Assembly: GCA_903856085.1 (NCBI GenBank)
Contig: CAIOAT010000042.1
Coordinates: 4,947-68,946, forward strand
DNA from: Candidatus Omnitrophota bacterium
Lineage (GTDB): Bacteria > Omnitrophota > Omnitrophia > Omnitrophales > Aquincolibacteriaceae
Reading direction: 5' to 3'
DNA length: 64,000 nt
Shown here: in pieces, positions 61,666 through 64,000 of the stretch
Layout of the letters: every line of letters begins with the position of its first letter
Numbering within the stretch: position 1 is the stretch's first letter
The notes under the pieces: model-generated
Databases searched by the model: none
What the model was told of the DNA's origin: nothing
Seen by the model: only the letters and a program-made list of their open reading frames with translations
Translations under genes and position numbers: made by a program

Positions 61666-64000
61666 TTATTGCAAGCCACCGATCTGGACGCGAAGATCAC
61701 CGACCTCGTCCCCCGCAGTCACCGAAGAAGGATCCACCGTGAAAGAGATCTTTTGGATATGTTTAAGATCGACCTTCTTTGCCGCAAGCGAGGTCAGGAA
61801 CTTGTAATAATTTTTGGAAACATCCACATTATCAACCTTGAACGCGGCACGTTTCCCTTTCGTGTCCTCGATCTCAAAAATAACGCTTTTAGCCTTGTCT
61901 GAGTCGATTTCAAAAACAATTTTTTCTTTTTTGGAAAGATCAATGCTCTTCCCCTTTGTGTTCGGATCGAATTGAAAGACAAGCCGCGCATACGCATTCG
62001 CAGTCGCGACATCAAAATGAAGCCCGAACACATTCTTCGCGAACCGCCTCATACGACTATTCGCCGAAGAGCCCACCACTTGCGCCACCCCGTTCCCGGG
62101 AAGTATTGTCACAGCCGATGTCATCCCGGTGCTCATGGGAACCAGGTCCTGAATCGTTGACGAAAGAGTAGTTAACTGCGGAGTCAGCACTAGGGCTGCC
62201 GTCACAGGCGGACTACTTGCATCCACTGAACTTTGTGCTTCCAATACCGGAAAATTTTCCGATCCGCTGCTGGATCCCGTAGTTTGTTCTGTCTCGGATT
62301 GACCGCTCAGGCTCGCTGCTAAAGTGGAACTTCCCGACGTTTCACTGCTCCCTACCGATAAGACAGCCGTGGTCATAGCAGGCGCTACGGCAAGTTTTGT
62401 GGCAACCATGCCAGCGGCCGCTACTAAAGGGCTTGGGGACGACACAAAATGCTGGAACGTGAGAGAGTGGATCGTAAAATCAAAGCTCTTATCTCCCGTC
62501 GCGTTCTGATCAACGATGATGTGAACTTCTTTGACCGCATTGAGAATAGCCGCGTTCTTCAAATTGATGACCAAACGGCCAACACGCACGCCATTGGCCA
62601 ACGTTTGCGTCACAGCATCCAGAAGCGCGCCACTCGCATCCTTGAATTCGATCCTGATCGCTTGCGGAGTATCCACAGTCGTGTAATAAATGACCAACTG
62701 GTTCGCCTGAGCATTATACGCATCTTTTAACTTCCAATAGTGTCCGCCCCATCCTCCGGCTAACGCAACGCTGCTCTTGAACTGGACACCGTAAACACCG
62801 GTGGTGCCGCCATTGGGATAGATACCGGGGAACGAACCGTCAGTGCCTTCGCTTTCAACATGACTGAAAACCGCGAGTGAACGATCCGGGACCTCGGGAG
62901 CGTTCGAAAATCCTGCCGTCGTTTTTGTGATTTCCACAAGTCTCTTGCTTGCGGCATCGTACAAAAGATTGTACGCAGACTCAAGAGTGTACTTTCTGAG
63001 ATAAGCTTGAAAATCAACGGCGCCTTGCCCTCCAAGCCCAAGAATGGCCGAAGCGACATCGATCCCAATATATTCCCGGGCCATTTCGCTGGCGGAACGG
63101 GCCGAATCAAAAAATCCGTAAGTGCCATTGAGACCTGGGACGTAGTTATAAGCATCCAGCCAACCGAGCACCGCATTGCGATCAATAGGCAATGCCGATG
63201 CCAAGGCGTAAGTCGAACCCACGTTCATCACCACCGTGTCGTAATAGTTCGCAAGATGCGAAGGATTGAGCATTTGCTCCGCGAGACTCGGGACACCGGT
63301 CGCTCCGGAATAGCCTCCTTCGGGAAGTGCACTGGCGGAGGGAATACCCGGCAGATTGTTCTGCGCCGCCCAGTCCAGTTGACTGACAAGCTGATTGTAG
63401 AGCATGTTCCGGAATCCGATAAAAGACATCTCGTCGTTTCGGAGCATCGGCCAGAAACTCTGAAACGCGGCCCCATCCCAGGACATGACGTTCTCGATCA
63501 CAGTGCCATTCCGGTCCGTATAATTCGCAGTTTTGATCTCGAGATTGTCCCAAACTGTTCTTGAGATTCCAGGATAACGCACCTGGATAAAAGCCACTGC
63601 ACCACGAACTTCAGAATTCAGCCGATCCACATAAGAAGAGAATTGAGCTGCATCCCGGTCGTAGCTCATGTGAAACACTCCATAAAGGGGGTCCACAAAC
63701 GCCTGATAGCCGGACGTCTGAGCCGTCAAAAATTGCTCTGCCTTCACGAGGATTGGATCGGTCGCACTAATCCCCGCACTCAATAACGCCCCTTCCATCA
63801 CGGCAATGCTCTGCGCCATGTTCGCATTATCAAGTAAGCCGAAGGACACATGACCGCTTGGGTAATCGAGAATAGGAGTTCCGGTATCAAGGTTCATCCA
63901 CGGGATAAGCCCGTTCCAGTTCGTTGCGTTATTCGTCTGCAAGTTCCGAAGACTCGTCAGAACCGCATTGATCTCCGCGAGTGCCTCAGTCGTGCTCATA
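61666..64000 (-). CDS. large (over 777 aa) secreted/surface protein with Ser/Thr-rich linker, N-terminus beyond the window end, hypothetical
   Basis: Single long ORF reaching the window edge; globular N-terminal region, S/T/G-rich low-complexity segment, C-terminal beta-rich region. Confidence 0.45.
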   Translation of the reverse strand, partial: MSTTEALAEINAVLTSLRNLQTNNATNWNGLIPWMNLDTGTPILDYPSGHVSFGLLDNANMAQSIAVMEGALLSAGISATDPILVKAEQFLTAQTSGYQAFVDPLYGVFHMSYDRDAAQFSSYVDRLNSEVRGAVAFIQVRYPGISRTVWDNLEIKTANYTDRNGTVIENVMSWDGAAFQSFWPMLRNDEMSFIGFRNMLYNQLVSQLDWAAQNNLPGIPSASALPEGGYSGATGVPSLAEQMLNPSHLANYYDTVVMNVGSTYALASALPIDRNAVLGWLDAYNYVPGLNGTYGFFDSARSASEMAREYIGIDVASAILGLGGQGAVDFQAYLRKYTLESAYNLLYDAASKRLVEITKTTAGFSNAPEVPDRSLAVFSHVESEGTDGSFPGIYPNGGTTGVYGVQFKSSVALAGGWGGHYWKLKDAYNAQANQLVIYYTTVDTPQAIRIEFKDASGALLDAVTQTLANGVRVGRLVINLKNAAILNAVKEVHIIVDQNATGDKSFDFTIHSLTFQHFVSSPSPLVAAAGMVATKLAVAPAMTTAVLSVGSSETSGSSTLAASLSGQSETEQTTGSSSGSENFPVLEAQSSVDASSPPVTAALVLTPQLTTLSSTIQDLVPMSTGMTSAVTILPGNGVAQVVGSSANSRMRRFAKNVFGLHFDVATANAYARLVFQFDPNTKGKSIDLSKKEKIVFEIDSDKAKSVIFEIEDTKGKRAAFKVDNVDVSKNYYKFLTSLAAKKVDLKHIQKISFTVDPSSVTAGDEVGDLRVQIGGLQ

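Overview
This 64 kb window comes from one moderately GC-rich bacterial chromosome, and every gene I can support is on the minus strand. I found no CRISPR array, no rRNA and no mobile element.

Most of the window is conserved housekeeping content:
- A lipoamide dehydrogenase fragment at the left edge, followed by prmA and maf.
- A cell-shape operon: aroA-mreB-mreC-mreD-mrdA-rodA.
- nrdR, glyA, rpiB, and a TsaC/Sua5 gene fused to a low-molecular-weight phosphotyrosine phosphatase.
- A complete purine cluster: purE-D-M-F-L-Q, then purS-C-B.
- xerC/D, ligA, acyP, and a TrmH-family methyltransferase.
- The head of the division/cell-wall cluster: mraZ-STAS-rsmH-ftsL-ftsI.
- nadD-proA-proB-obg-rpmA-rplU, then trxB.
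- A mlaE-mlaF-mlaD operon preceded by an RsbW-like kinase and a STAS antagonist.
- A riboflavin operon ribBA-ribH-nusB-ribD-ribE, and an SPFH/band-7 gene.
- Three tRNAs: Pro-UGG, Glu-CUC and Pro-CGG.

The most unusual locus is at 37765..41203. A ParA/MinD-type ATPase (TTG start) carries a C-terminal domain that matches the AMPK-beta glycogen-binding module (CBM48). It is translationally coupled to two uncharacterised genes, followed by a zinc-ribbon coiled-coil protein. The first coupled gene begins with a ParB-like basic peptide. I read this as a possible undescribed ParA-family system for positioning glycogen granules or another cargo.

Other points worth a second look:
- Apparent single-base frameshifts in ftsI (a G5 run) and at the 5' end of mlaF.
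- A near-consensus sigma70 promoter with three MraZ operator repeats upstream of mraZ.
- A STAS gene inserted inside the dcw cluster, which then stops after ftsI at a tRNA.
- A SWIB/MDM2-domain protein.
- A family of small secreted paralogs, one sitting where mlaC would be expected.
- A perfect 16-bp palindromic operator.
- A tRNA-Glu with a compensatory change at the D-loop/T-loop tertiary pair.

The ORF track uses alternative start codons, so I checked starts against the sequence where it mattered. Several start positions remain uncertain.
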